NCBI GenBank assembly: GCA_030141605.1 | Contig: JAQGDQ010000095.1 | Coordinates: 186,001-250,000 of the forward strand | Direction: 5' to 3' | Source of the DNA: Tubiluchus corallicola | Taxonomy: Eukaryota; Animalia; Priapulida | Length of the DNA: 64,000 bases | Shown: positions 29,001 through 40,284 of the stretch, piece after piece | Layout of the letters: each line of letters starts with the position of its first letter | How positions within the stretch are numbered: position 1 is the stretch's first letter | The notes under the pieces: model-generated | The model's database searches: none | The model's input: the letters and a program-made list of their open reading frames with translations, nothing else | Told to the model about the DNA's origin: nothing | Position numbers and translations under genes: made by a program

Positions 29001-32000
29001 GCCCATGTAGTCAGCGCATCATTGAAAAACATTATAGTTACGATTCAGAACTGTTTTAGTCATGCCCATGACGACGAAACCACTTGCGAGGATACAAGGG
29101 CACCACCAACTGCAACTCAAGCACGCCAGTTTAGCATGTTTTACATGATTCCGTGCATCACACAGCAACAGATTTTCAATGTTTTTATAATAACAAGAAC
29201 TTTGTGAGCCAACTTCGTCACGAGATAATGAAGCAGCCAACTTTGAAGGAATTTTTGTAATTTTTGCAAATAAACAGACTTGTGTGATTTAGAAAAGTAT
29301 ACACTTTAATTTGTTAATTCACTTATGTAAATTAATATTTTAAAATAATTTTTCTAATTTTTAACTGCACAAAGGAATTCAGGCATTATTTCGTTTCTAA
29401 AATTGATTAAAAGCCTTTGCAGTGAATAGTAAGCTGATGACTCACATCTATAGCAGTAATACTACATCCATCGGTTAATAGGTTCAGTTGGTCAAATGGG
29501 TCAAAACACGTCGGTCTCAAAGTGAGTCTATTAAGCGACGACTCTGTACATGTATAGGTAAGACGCACACAGTTCCACGCATATTTGAACTAAACACCAA
29601 AATGCATTCAGCACTGTTTTAACAAATTAGCATTGTTGTCGAAATTATTTCAAAGTAACAGATTCATTACTAAAATGTGTATAATGTACAAACCTCATCA
29701 ATAAATGAATATAGTCATTATGTATCAGATAGCAAGTTTACCCTTATGATCTTTATATAATTCATCAGGATCTGAGGCATCTTTTGGCGCATGTAGATTT
29801 TTTATACATTTAACCTTCAAGGCAAATTCGATTGTGTCAATGTCTGTTGCCTCATCATCACCTAAAAACCAAAATTTTACTTCTCACAGAATTTGCCGAT
29901 ATGAAAAATCTTCCATCGTAAATCTAACTTCACTTGTCCTACTTTTGGTACTAACTAATAATCAGCATTCAGATTTTACTGTTCATGTAAGAATCCATTT
30001 AGTACTCCAAATTTAACTTGCACACACATTGTTAAATTTCTAACCGAAAAATTGACATTATTGGAATTCAAGGTTGTGGAAGATTAATACACTGTACTTA
30101 AATTTCATGATTATAAGTTTGGATTTTTTTATTAATTAGTAGGTGCGGGTACTGGCATTACTAAGATTTGGATGGTTGAAAAACATACAAGCTAAAATCG
30201 CTAAGCTGCTAAGGGACTAATTTGGGAACTCTTTGGCAAATCTTTTTTATATAAACTGCACTTAAGAAAATCTGCTATTAAATATTATATACTAATAAAA
30301 AGTTTGACATGATGGCTGGTAATTGAAATTATGAAGAAGTGCTGTCTCTAAGTGTTACCATTTAGTATACACCTACACAACTATGAGAATAAAAGCAGAG
30401 AATGCTCTTAGCTGATAACATTTTATTTTCTAATTTCTCACAATACATTATTTATTTGTAAACGGTATTTCTACAAATTGTGAGTACAGTAAAATGGCAC
30501 ACATTAACCTATGTATTTTCCAGATGCTTGATACACTGTGTTCCTATAAACTCTACTGGAAACATCTTTTCATTATTACTTTTTACACATAAGCTTGTTC
30601 TGCTACAGATTACCTTCTTGTCTATACTCAAATAACCTAGGATCAGCATAGATCGGTACTAAGCCAAGACGGTGTGCCAGCACCTCATCCTGTATAATTG
30701 ATGTGTTGTTATATATGAATACCTTTTCCACTGCCATTGTCGGAACCTATAATATCACAGTGCATCACATATAAAGTATCCACAGTAATAATTGAAAAAA
30801 GCTTTAAGAAAATAAATTAAATTAAATGTTATTGAACATAATGGTCACCTCGGCTAAAAGAATTCTACGGAATGCATTAGCAAGAGAAGCATCAATTCCA
30901 ATCATATCAAACTCCATTTCTAAATCAGTAAGGCGCTTTACGTCGATTCTGAAATTCTGTGAAAAATACTAAATTAAAAAAAACATTAGAGAGAACATTT
31001 TACAAATCAGACAAATGTTAGGTAGCAACACTTATTCAGAAACATCTAAAGAACCACTAAAAACCTTAATGCAGAGGTTACTAGTATAATAAAAAAATCA
31101 AAATGGAAATGGTAGCTATTAGTAAAGCGTAGTAACAATGCAACATTTACTGCTGAAATACAGTATCTGTATTGGTAACCCATACTAACATAAAAACAGC
31201 ATGATCCCAAGTAATTAACTCAGCAGATCACACATTTTTCAAAACTGTTCAGATATGATACAACAATCTTTCATTGTAGTATGGTACCTTTTTATAAAAA
31301 TAATGCTTACACTCTCAAATTTTTCTTGTTTCCAGCTGTCATCATATCCAAAACATGAGCCAGGAACATCTATACTGTGAGTCTGGAAGGAATAGAACAT
31401 GTCATTACTCATTAATTAAAACTATATATATATAGGTACGCACAGCACTATGCATTAGCTAAAATACACAGTTATGTAATTAAGGTTAAATAAGCTTGTC
31501 AGATTTGCTAAATTAACGACTTGGTTCTCACAATTTATAATTGTGATTTATATAAAAGGTTGCTGCAAATTAAGCTTGAACTTACACACAGAAGGCCTTA
31601 TGCTGAGAATGACAAAAAATAGAAAAAAGAAGAAATTAGCAAAGGCACATGGTCAAGGCCCATTGACTGAAATAAAATTTTTCATACAATTTCCCGTGTT
31701 AATACCTGATATAACTTTTTAAGCATAACAGTATGGTACTTATTAGCAAACGACTCTACTTAACATGCATATCAAGTATGCACCTATTAGTTAAAAATTC
31801 ACACAATTTCCATTTGCACAAAGTTTCAAGTTTTACCAGTGCACCACTTATATAAACTACATCTCTGTAATCAAGTACTTTGCAACACTTAGCAACATTA
31901 ACAACATTTGGCATTCTAACAACATTCTAGCAAAATTCACTACTGTTACTAGGCCCTTTCAAAACATTGGGAGTCACATACTGAAACTAATTTTAATAAA

Positions 32001-34275
32001 AAACATAGTGTAGAGTACACTACAGACATTTTGGTGTATGATTATCTTGCAATTAACTTTTTGAGCAAATTTCGAGTATTTCTGCTCACTCTTTTTGTGA
32101 ATAGCAAATGTATTATGAGTGACTCAAACTGAAGCAGAATGAAGTAATTTTATAAACTAACAAACTCCTGCAGTGAGTGCAGTCCTTCTCGACTTTGCTG
32201 GCACACAACATGAAATTGGAAAATAAGTTCGGTAAACATGTGTGCAAATTAATATCTAGCTATATTGATGTCAAATTTTTGAACAAGCTTATAAACCTTT
32301 TACAGCTTATAATTTTACCCACTGCATTGCAAGACAGTATCCGTGCCATTATCCATACCTGCTCTAGGTCAATGCTTGTGGCAGGACAGCAACCTAGTTA
32401 ATTATTATATATTATCCACTACCTAAGACTAAGATGATAAGACTATGTTTTATTAACAGAGACACACAAAGTGAGTATGGCAGATGGAACCATAAAAATA
32501 AATGGTAATCCACTCGCTATGCAAGCCCAGCGTTGCTTAACTTTGGTTGCTAAGACTTTCCGCAGGTTTGTGAGCGCTCAGCTACATGACTGCATTGGCA
32601 TAAAGTAAAGTAAATTTATTTGAACCCTGTATAAAATATTATAAAAATACAAAGACGTACAGTGAAGTTACTGAATAGTGAACATAGCTGAAAATTTATT
32701 TTCTCGTTTATCATAATAATGCAGAAGTTAGTGTGATGGAGTGAGACAAGGAAAGACCAAGATCCAATACTACAATGTATACCAGTTCTATATACTATAG
32801 TACAGCACTATACCAGTACTATATATTTCTAATTTCCAAAAGTACTCAATAGACAGTAAACTGTTTAACATACAGTCTAATCTCGGTAATGCAATTTTCA
32901 AGGATCCAAGATATATTTTGTATTAAGGGTGTTTCATACTATCCCTCAGGAGTCAGCTGGTAAATATATAGAGCAAAATATTGGTATGGAGGCAAGGAAA
33001 AACAATTTCGACTGATGTCTACGAAGAGTTCTAGAAGGTTGAGAAAAGAAATCATTTTCCCGCAAAACTGTTAAGCAATGAACAATTTTATAACAATTTA
33101 TGTGATCAACAGTGTCTCATCATTGTTCAAGAGTTGTTACATTTGACTGATCAATGTTATTTGCGAGACCAACATATTGGTGCCGAGTTTTCAAGCAGGT
33201 TCTTAACCTACGTATACTGAGGTGACCATACAACATGCATATTGCAGGATAGAATGAACAGCTGCGTTATAAGGTGGGATAATTACAGATGCCTTTTGAG
33301 AGACAAAACATCGTTTTATCATGTAAAAACTTGGATTTACTTGAGAAAGTATATTATTGACATGAGCATTCCACTTAAAATCATTGGTAACAGTGATACC
33401 CAGATCTTTAACAGAAACTGTTTCTTTAATGGCACCATCCTTGAGTTAGTATAGGGGTTGGGACCAAGGTCTTGAGTTTTATTAGCCATTCATCACGCCA
33501 TCATTCAATATTATCCAGTTGAAACATGTATGTATCATTGTCATCCCAAGTTGGCCTTTAACTTTTAAGTCATTAACATACAAAGACAATGAAGTTCCAA
33601 AAGGTACTCACTCAATTATGTCATAGATAAAGAATTGCAGTAGTAATTATTAATCCCTATAAAGCTGTTGTTACCCTTTCTGGAAAATGCATTGGCTGTA
33701 TGGCCGCCCCGGTCTGGACTCTCAAGAATGCTCTAGAAAGAACTCAGGATTAACGTACTTCTCTTGCTATTGATTTGGATCCATCAATTTCTACTCTCGA
33801 GCAATGACGTGAGACTGTAGACCTTCTGAACTGCTTCACAATAATTAGTGGAAATACTATCCTGGCAGACGACTTTTTTCTAGGCCTCACGGAATTCTTC
33901 GTGGTCATGAGTCGAAACTATTTGTGCAACCAACTAGAACCAGCATCAGATCACACTTCTTTAGGTGTCGTGCAGTACAACCATGGAATCATCTTTCATT
34001 ATCAACCATCAATGTTTCATCAGTTAACAGTTTCAAAAGGCATTTGAGAGAAGACCGTTTACAGATAATTATCATCCTTATTTTTTGGATAGGGTGCTAA
34101 CTTTGTACTTCCAAGTAATACACTTTTCCCAACCGTTCCCCAGGTGTTCAAGTGTAAACAAAGAGGCAAAATTATCGTTATTATTATGAATAACAAAATA
34201 CTATGAATGGCGTACGTTTGCAAGCCCATGCTCACTCATCCCAATTCGAGTCCTGATATTGTTAACTGATTCCAT
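23043..34275 (-). CDS. POLR1C: DNA-directed RNA polymerases I and III subunit RPAC1 (AC40), 342 aa
   Basis: Exons 34275-34216, 31382-31311, 30956-30849, 30746-30614, 29861-29742, 28158-28109, 27622-27490, 26089-25970, 24914-24798, 23158-23043; 1029 nt in frame, all GT-AG. Motifs [110 protein letters not shown]. Mostly missed by the ORF track because the exons are short. Confidence 0.96.
25159..25364. repeat. Tandem duplication, two copies of a ~104-bp unit
   Basis: ttaaggaaggactctatg...cattctttc at 25159-25260 and 25263-25364, differing at about 3 positions. Confidence 0.92.
26807..26965 (+). pseudogene. pogo/Tigger (CENP-B-type HTH) transposase N-terminal relic
   Basis: [43 protein letters not shown] matches the KxxxLxxExKLxIxxxL..IxxxFxxSxSTV pattern of HTH_psq/CENP-B N domains. 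Confidence 0.5.
28409..29554 (+). mobile_element. Non-autonomous Tc1/mariner-pogo-like element in POLR1C intron
   Basis: Begins TACAGT.., ends ..ttaagcgacgactctgta, with cgcttaattg subterminal motif. Internal [15 protein letters not shown] at ~28865 resembles a pogo/Tigger transposase start. Confidence 0.4.
32504..32600 (-). pseudogene. 5S rRNA-derived degenerate sequence (pseudogene or SINE3 head)
   Basis: Minus strand starts gccaa.. and contains accaaagttaagcaacgctgggc, close to the invertebrate 5S A-box region accgaagttaagcaacgtcgggc. The 3' half is not conserved. Confidence 0.4.
32602..33560 (-). mobile_element. Decayed CR1/L2 LINE reverse-transcriptase 3' fragment in POLR1C intron 1
   Basis: Minus strand near 33320-33410 reads [33 protein letters not shown] (KDLG..W..H post-RT motif). 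A tail-like aataaatttactttacttt lies near 32602-32620. Boundaries approximate. Confidence 0.65.
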
Positions 34276-34301
34276 TATATTTTGCTTTGTAGAGTTGGAT
34301 G

Positions 34302-35227
34302 TTGGGCGCCAAGTAACCCACCAGCCGAAGTAGGACAATTGGCGTACATGGACTAGCCCAAGTAGGACGCGTCGTACATGGGCTGCCCAAGTTGGACACT
34401 AGAGCATTATTATAATTTATTATACATCTGATAAAATAAAAGAATTTTATTCTGAGCTAGAAGAATTAATATTTGCCAATTTTAATCTTCTTTGAAGTGA
34501 AATAAGTGCACTTTTTAGGCGATTCCAACGTTTGCTTAAGGTATATCGTTTTTTATTTTGTCTTGCTTCACAGATAGGCGATCCTTTTCACTCCTTCTTG
34601 GACAAATAATTGTTTTCTACTAAGTAAACGGGTTAGCGAGTTATGTGCTCTACGTAGTTTCTCTCTTTAAAGCATTAGATACTTAATTTAATGTTATGAT
34701 GATGTTAATGGAACTAATAATAATGATAATATTGTTGTAACAAATACATTTCTAAATTGTCAAGGACTATCCATCGTTATTATAAAGTTACTTTTTTCTA
34801 AAACAAATTTAGTTTTATGTTTTATTATGTAATAATAATAATAATAATAATAATAATCTTTTATTTATCTTTTAACACACACAGTTACAATACAATTAAT
34901 TTAGCAACAAAAATGTGAAGAAAGGGCAGCGAAAGACCAATTGGTCACACACCCCAAAACAAAACCACACAGTGTATTAGTGTTAGTACTGCTTATAATA
35001 AAAATTAAATTGTTAGGAATGACATAAAATTGATAATGATATGCTTATAATGTGTTAGTACAATTCATACACAGTAATAATAAGATATTAATAAATCTCG
35101 ATTCTCGACAGAAATCGCTAGTGAGCTAATTTGGGCTACCCATGTACGACATTGCCTTTCCGCAAATTTAGCAAATACGCTTTATCGGAAGTGTCCTACT
35201 TCGGCTAATGGATTACTCGGCGCCCTA
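34302..35227. mobile_element. Non-autonomous TIR element (MITE) occupying the POLR1C/AP2S1 divergent intergenic region
   Basis: 36-bp TIRs at 34302-34337 and 35192-35227 (31/36 identical), plus a second inverted block (gtcgtacatgggctgcccaa vs ttgggctacccatgtacgac). A partial inverted copy lies at 58101-58532. Confidence 0.8.
34831..35090 (-). mobile_element. LINE 3' UTR with (ATT)n tail inserted into the MITE
   Basis: (AAT)9 then cttttattt (minus-strand AATAAA plus tail) and a hairpin-like gaaagaccaattggtc. This block is absent from the second MITE copy at 58101-58532. Confidence 0.55.
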
Positions 35228-35612
35228 CATTGGAAAAAGTAACCGACTCGAGGAGCATGTGTCATATGGTATCACGGTTTCCAGGCGAAAACAAGTGAAC
35301 AATCTTGGAGTAACACAATGAGTATTCACTAATCAGCTAACTAAATGAATAAATTTTATTTTTAATTGGTTCAGAACGTTAGAAATTTGTATTTATATTA
35401 TTTTACTTATAAGTGTTCTCAAAGTTTTTTAGAACAGAAATTAGCCTAGAAACTGCTATGTAACAAACCTAGATAATTTTGATCGGGTGATTGTAACTGG
35501 AAGATACAGTACGATCTTATTTTTACAGTTTGCCACTGTGGGTGTATATTCTAAAATTTTTATGCTGTTATTTATCAAGTAAAAGTATTGTTGAAAAATC
35601 AACTGTATCAGA

Positions 35613-38600
35613 ATGGTAAGCCTACGCACATCGTACAGCTGTATTCTAATTTACCATCTCCGTAGCCGATGTGTTAGTATTAAGTACGTAAAATTTTTAT
35701 GGTTTGGGCTTCAGTCATCGGTACACAGTGGCTATACTATATTTATATCACTCAGGGTCCTGTATAACCACATCATAAAGGAGCAAGCCGCAACGGAAAC
35801 TGTATCCTGTCAGGCTGTTGTTATTACACCTCTACATTGATTCCCATAATTTCTCTAAATTCGATCATTTGTCTGAGCTTAGCATTGGCTCTTATTAATG
35901 TGTTCGTGCCCACTTAACGTGAAGTCTTTGCTCATTGTATGATTTACAAACATTTTTAGCCACCTCACATTTCAACATATGTTCTGTCGTAACACATTTG
36001 TTCACACACAGTGGACACATCAGTGGATTGCATGTCAGTGCAAGGCAAAATTTAGTTAACTCAGTGTATCATTAAACAAAATCTTATTTTCCCACCACTT
36101 TTATTTAAATACTTGGTTGGTGTATTATGTTTTTAATGAAATCCTTATTTATTTCCGTGGAGGTATTGTGAGGCTTAAATGCCAATAACTTGCACTTCGC
36201 TTGAAGTTTTTGTGACTTGAAAAATACACAAAGGTGATAAAATTAAACTAATGATTTTGTGAAAACCATAATAATTGTGTATTACTGTGTGCAGAAAATT
36301 TTTTTATACTTTTTTCACAAACCATCACATATTTCTTACTAGCTAATTTGCTTCATAACTAGTATTTATGATTGCTGTATTACATGCCTATTAATGTGTG
36401 AAGAAAACATTTTTTACGTTTTTTTATAGATTCGATTTATATTAATCCAGAACCGAGCTGGAAAAACTAGACTAGCAAAGTGGTATATGAATTTTGATGA
36501 TGATGAAAAGCAAAAGCTCATTGAAGAAGTGCACGCCTGTGTGACAGTCAGAGATGCAAAACATACGAACTTTGTGGAAGTAAATGTCATTTTATACATT
36601 AGCCCTAAATAAAAGCTACGTTTAGGCTGCAATTACACTTTTTTTACTTTGCATTAATGATTTTAAAAAGCTTATTGCCATCTGTTCTTAGTTCCAATTA
36701 GTGTTTTTGCATTGTGACAAAATGTGACAAATATTCATTGCATGTATCATGTGATGGATATGATCTGATTTTTGGTTTACTACGCAAAAATTTTCAACAT
36801 TTTTTTAGAGAAGTCTATACAGTTCATCATTTTAGAACAAAAACTATAATTAATTAGCATACTATGAAATCACATTTGAGATGCTGCCTGCACTATGCTT
36901 CTGCTATTAAAGATGGTCAGTTGTCTACCAATTTCTTTCTGAGAGAGAATTTGTGATTTCGTAATACTATAAATAGTTTGAGTCCAGGTCTGATTTAAGA
37001 CCTCAAGAAATCCCAAGTACTGAAAAGATTATTACACCTATATGTGCGATTTAGAATAAAAGATTACTAAAGTGTAAAATGAAATTTTATCTTTCGAAAT
37101 GAAAAAACTTGCGGTAATATTTGTGTGCTTGCATATCAAAATCGTCCATGAGTCGGTAACTAAGCTTTTCTATTTATTCGCATATCCTGAATCTCCATTT
37201 CATGAGGATCATTTTGGTGCTAAGTTCACCGCTCTATGTTATTTCTAAGCTAAGATAATCCACGTTAAAGTTGAGGTGCCGGCTGAGCACTGAAAAACAA
37301 CACTTTGAAAATTGCTGTCAAAGTTGGCCATTGTTTTTTGTCAGGTTTCTAGAAAACGCTTAGCAACTGCACAAATGTTGGTTGCTATGGACTTTGTAAG
37401 AGCAGATTGGAGTTATGCTTAAATCCAGTAGATGGCTCTTCATGACGAAGATCTGGGCTTGACAACAAAAAAAAACCCGGAGCCTCCACGAACTACCATC
37501 GCTTTTGAAAATAAAAGTTTTTTGCAATTGCAGTACTAGTTTCTAGCATGAGAAATGGGTACAAGATTGTAAAATTAGATTTTTAGTATTTTTTTAACAT
37601 TTTCTTGATAATTTGATGTTAGAATATAAAAGTCCAACATATTTAGCATTTGTTTTTACAAAAAACAAAAAATTGACATTTGACCAAATTTTTGGTACAT
37701 TGTACTTTGAAGCATCATAACGTAGCTTTAACTATGCCGAGTTATGGACGGTTTTGGTTTGCTCGCACACATTTATTTACAGCAGTCACGTAGTCATCAC
37801 CTTCAATTATTTTCAATGATCAGGGCGAAGCTAATAGCTTTTTGCTCATGGTTGCAATACTTAATTGTATACATAACATTGTGGATCTGGTTAAATGCTG
37901 TAACTGTTGATACTATGCCATTGTGGTGTATAGTCAGGTGGGAGTCTTTAATTCTCTGCCAATAAGTTCCATTCAGGTTGAAATGGGTCGTGATACATTT
38001 CAGGATGGTCTTCCCAATACTGATCCAGTTATGTCTTAAAATGTGAAGCATCAGTGGCACACCATACCTTAGTATTTAATGAATTCTAATCATTGACAGT
38101 CCTGAACACAAACTTATTCCTGTTTCTGCATCTGGGCTTAATAACTTTATATCCAGAACCTTGTAGATTATTAGGAAAATAACGACCAGGCTGTAGTTTA
38201 GTAGATTGTTCTTGATACGAAACATCAGGATCAAATCACCTCTCTTCCTTCGAAGTCTCAATGAGGGAGTTTCAAATCCCTGATCTGCTCTGAATACGTC
38301 AGATGACTCGTGGCATTCAGTCTAGATGGATTCCATATGACATCTCTGTAGTCAAGGATAGAACGGAGAAATGTTTTGTATAAAATCAGAAACATCGGGA
38401 TACCTACGAAACTGAAAGTTCTTCTAATTAAGCAAAGCCCCTTTCTTGCTTTCTTGGTGACTTCATCAATATGTTGGTTAAATGTCAGCTTATTATCCAC
38501 ATATAGTCCAAGATCCTTTTGACACTCGATTTGCATTATGATTTTCTGTCCATCTGACCTATCACTCATGAAATAGTTAAATTTGTCATGGTTGTTCCCT

Positions 38601-40284
38601 AAATCTAGAGTTTTGCATTTATCTGTGTTAAATGGCATTTGCTATTCTCTGGACCATGCATACAGTTAAAAGCAACATTATCCTGTTTTCAGTATCACCA
38701 CATTTTTATAAGAGTTACCACAGTTTAAATATGTTATGATACAGTATATAATTAAGCAACGTCATGATATGGGCAGTGAGAAGCTTAGGCTGCTGAACAG
38801 CTCAGTAGCCAGAATCTCAATGCCAAACCATACTGTCATATTGCAAACAAACACAGAAGTTGCCACTCATATTCCCGTATATTTTAGTAAAAGTATATTT
38901 TACTTTTGGGTAAGTATTTAATTTGTAAAAGAAAACTGTGTTGGGCCTCTTTTCCCCTGAGGCCCTAAATACTGCTTAATTTGCTTGATGGTTAATCCAG
39001 GGCTGTTTGAGCATAACGTTGCATTTTCTACTTTTTGTAATTGTGATTACCACTTAGTGACTGATAAGGTAAATTAAATTTTTATTACTCGTTGTTTACT
39101 GCTGTATCATGTTGATTTTATCATACGATTTCATATATAAACGTTTTTGTGATTTGCTCAGATTAACATCCCTTCCGGGCCTTTGTACAGATTGAAAACC
39201 ATGGTAAAAAAGAACGTTTTGGTAATTTTTTCTTACTTGACACCTACCACTGAAAAAATTGTACATGTTACTTTTTTCCATCCATAACAATCCCTAGTAT
39301 TTTACTGCTGATATTTTTATTATTGAGTCCACAAATTTTGAACAATGTTTAACCATAACTAAGACTTCTTCAAGTTTAATTTAGAAAAGTGAGAAGTAAA
39401 TGCTCGCAACTTATGTTACTAACTTCTGTTGATCAGTCTAACTTGCTATCTATTCACCTGCGTAGCAGATATCAACTGTGTAGAGATTAAAATTAAACAA
39501 GTATAAAGATTAGAATAATTACCGATACTCCTGTATTGAATTAAAAAAAAAAGAACGAAAAAGTGGTGGTATATATTTTCCGACGTAATATACGAAATTT
39601 TTTTAACATTGCGACCGTGGAGGTCACAGAACTTTTACAAACTGTTTTTCTGCCACAAAAAATTGCATCCCTCATTGTCAAACACTAAGTTGACCTTTAA
39701 ATGGTTTTGTTTTTTTGTTTCAGTTTCGTAATTTCAAAATAGTCTATCGGCGGTATGCTGGCTTGTATTTCTGTATATGTGTAGATGTAGGAGATAACAA
39801 CTTGGCCTACTTAGAAGCAATACACAACTTCGTAGAAGTTTTAAATGAATATTTTCACAATGTCTGTGAGTTAGATCTGGTTTTCAATTTTTATAAGGTA
39901 ATGATCCTTTTACACCTTGATTAATCTCTTGTATTTACTGTTTACTGTTGTCTAGTTCATTTTGTTTACTGTGGTTGCAAAATTATCGTGCTACTTGTAA
40001 TTCTCGTTGTTACATTCAGTAAATTACTATTACTGTTACTGCTAATAGTTGTAGCAATAGCTTCTTTAAATCTTCCACTTTCAAAAAAAATCTAACTTTT
40101 ATAAATCACGATTTAGAAAGTTAAGAATGGTGTATGCTTGTAATGAGAATAAAATGCTGAACTATGTCTCATTAATTTGCAGGTCTATAGTGTGGTAGAT
40201 GAGATGTTTCTAGCTGGCGAAATACGTGAGACAAGCCAGACGAAAGTATTGAAACAATTACTTATGTTGAATTCTCTCGAGTAG
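35613..40284 (+). CDS. AP2S1: AP-2 complex subunit sigma (142 aa)
   Basis: ATG-only exon 35613-35615 (ATG|gtaag), then 36430-36579, 39724-39897, 40183-40284 = 429 nt: [89 protein letters not shown]. Confidence 0.97.
36985..39005. mobile_element. hAT-type MITE expanded by nested insertions, in AP2S1 intron
   Basis: Ends caggtctgatttaa / gttaatccagggctg; flanks tttgagtc vs tttgagca (6/8 TSD). Contains a DNA-transposon-like block (~37090-37731, ending ..tagctttaa) and a CR1 fragment. Confidence 0.5.
38060..38680 (-). mobile_element. CR1 LINE ORF2 C-terminal fragment (frameshifted)
   Basis: ORFs 38258-38638 and 38076-38261: [68 protein letters not shown], a hallmark CR1 post-RT sequence. Confidence 0.85.

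Noticed and set aside
34324-34400. Three spaced gcc(g/c)aagt(a/t)ggac repeats resembling a mini CRISPR array
   Set aside because: Only three short units with related rather than unique spacers; they are subterminal repeats of a TIR element in a eukaryotic genome with no cas genes.
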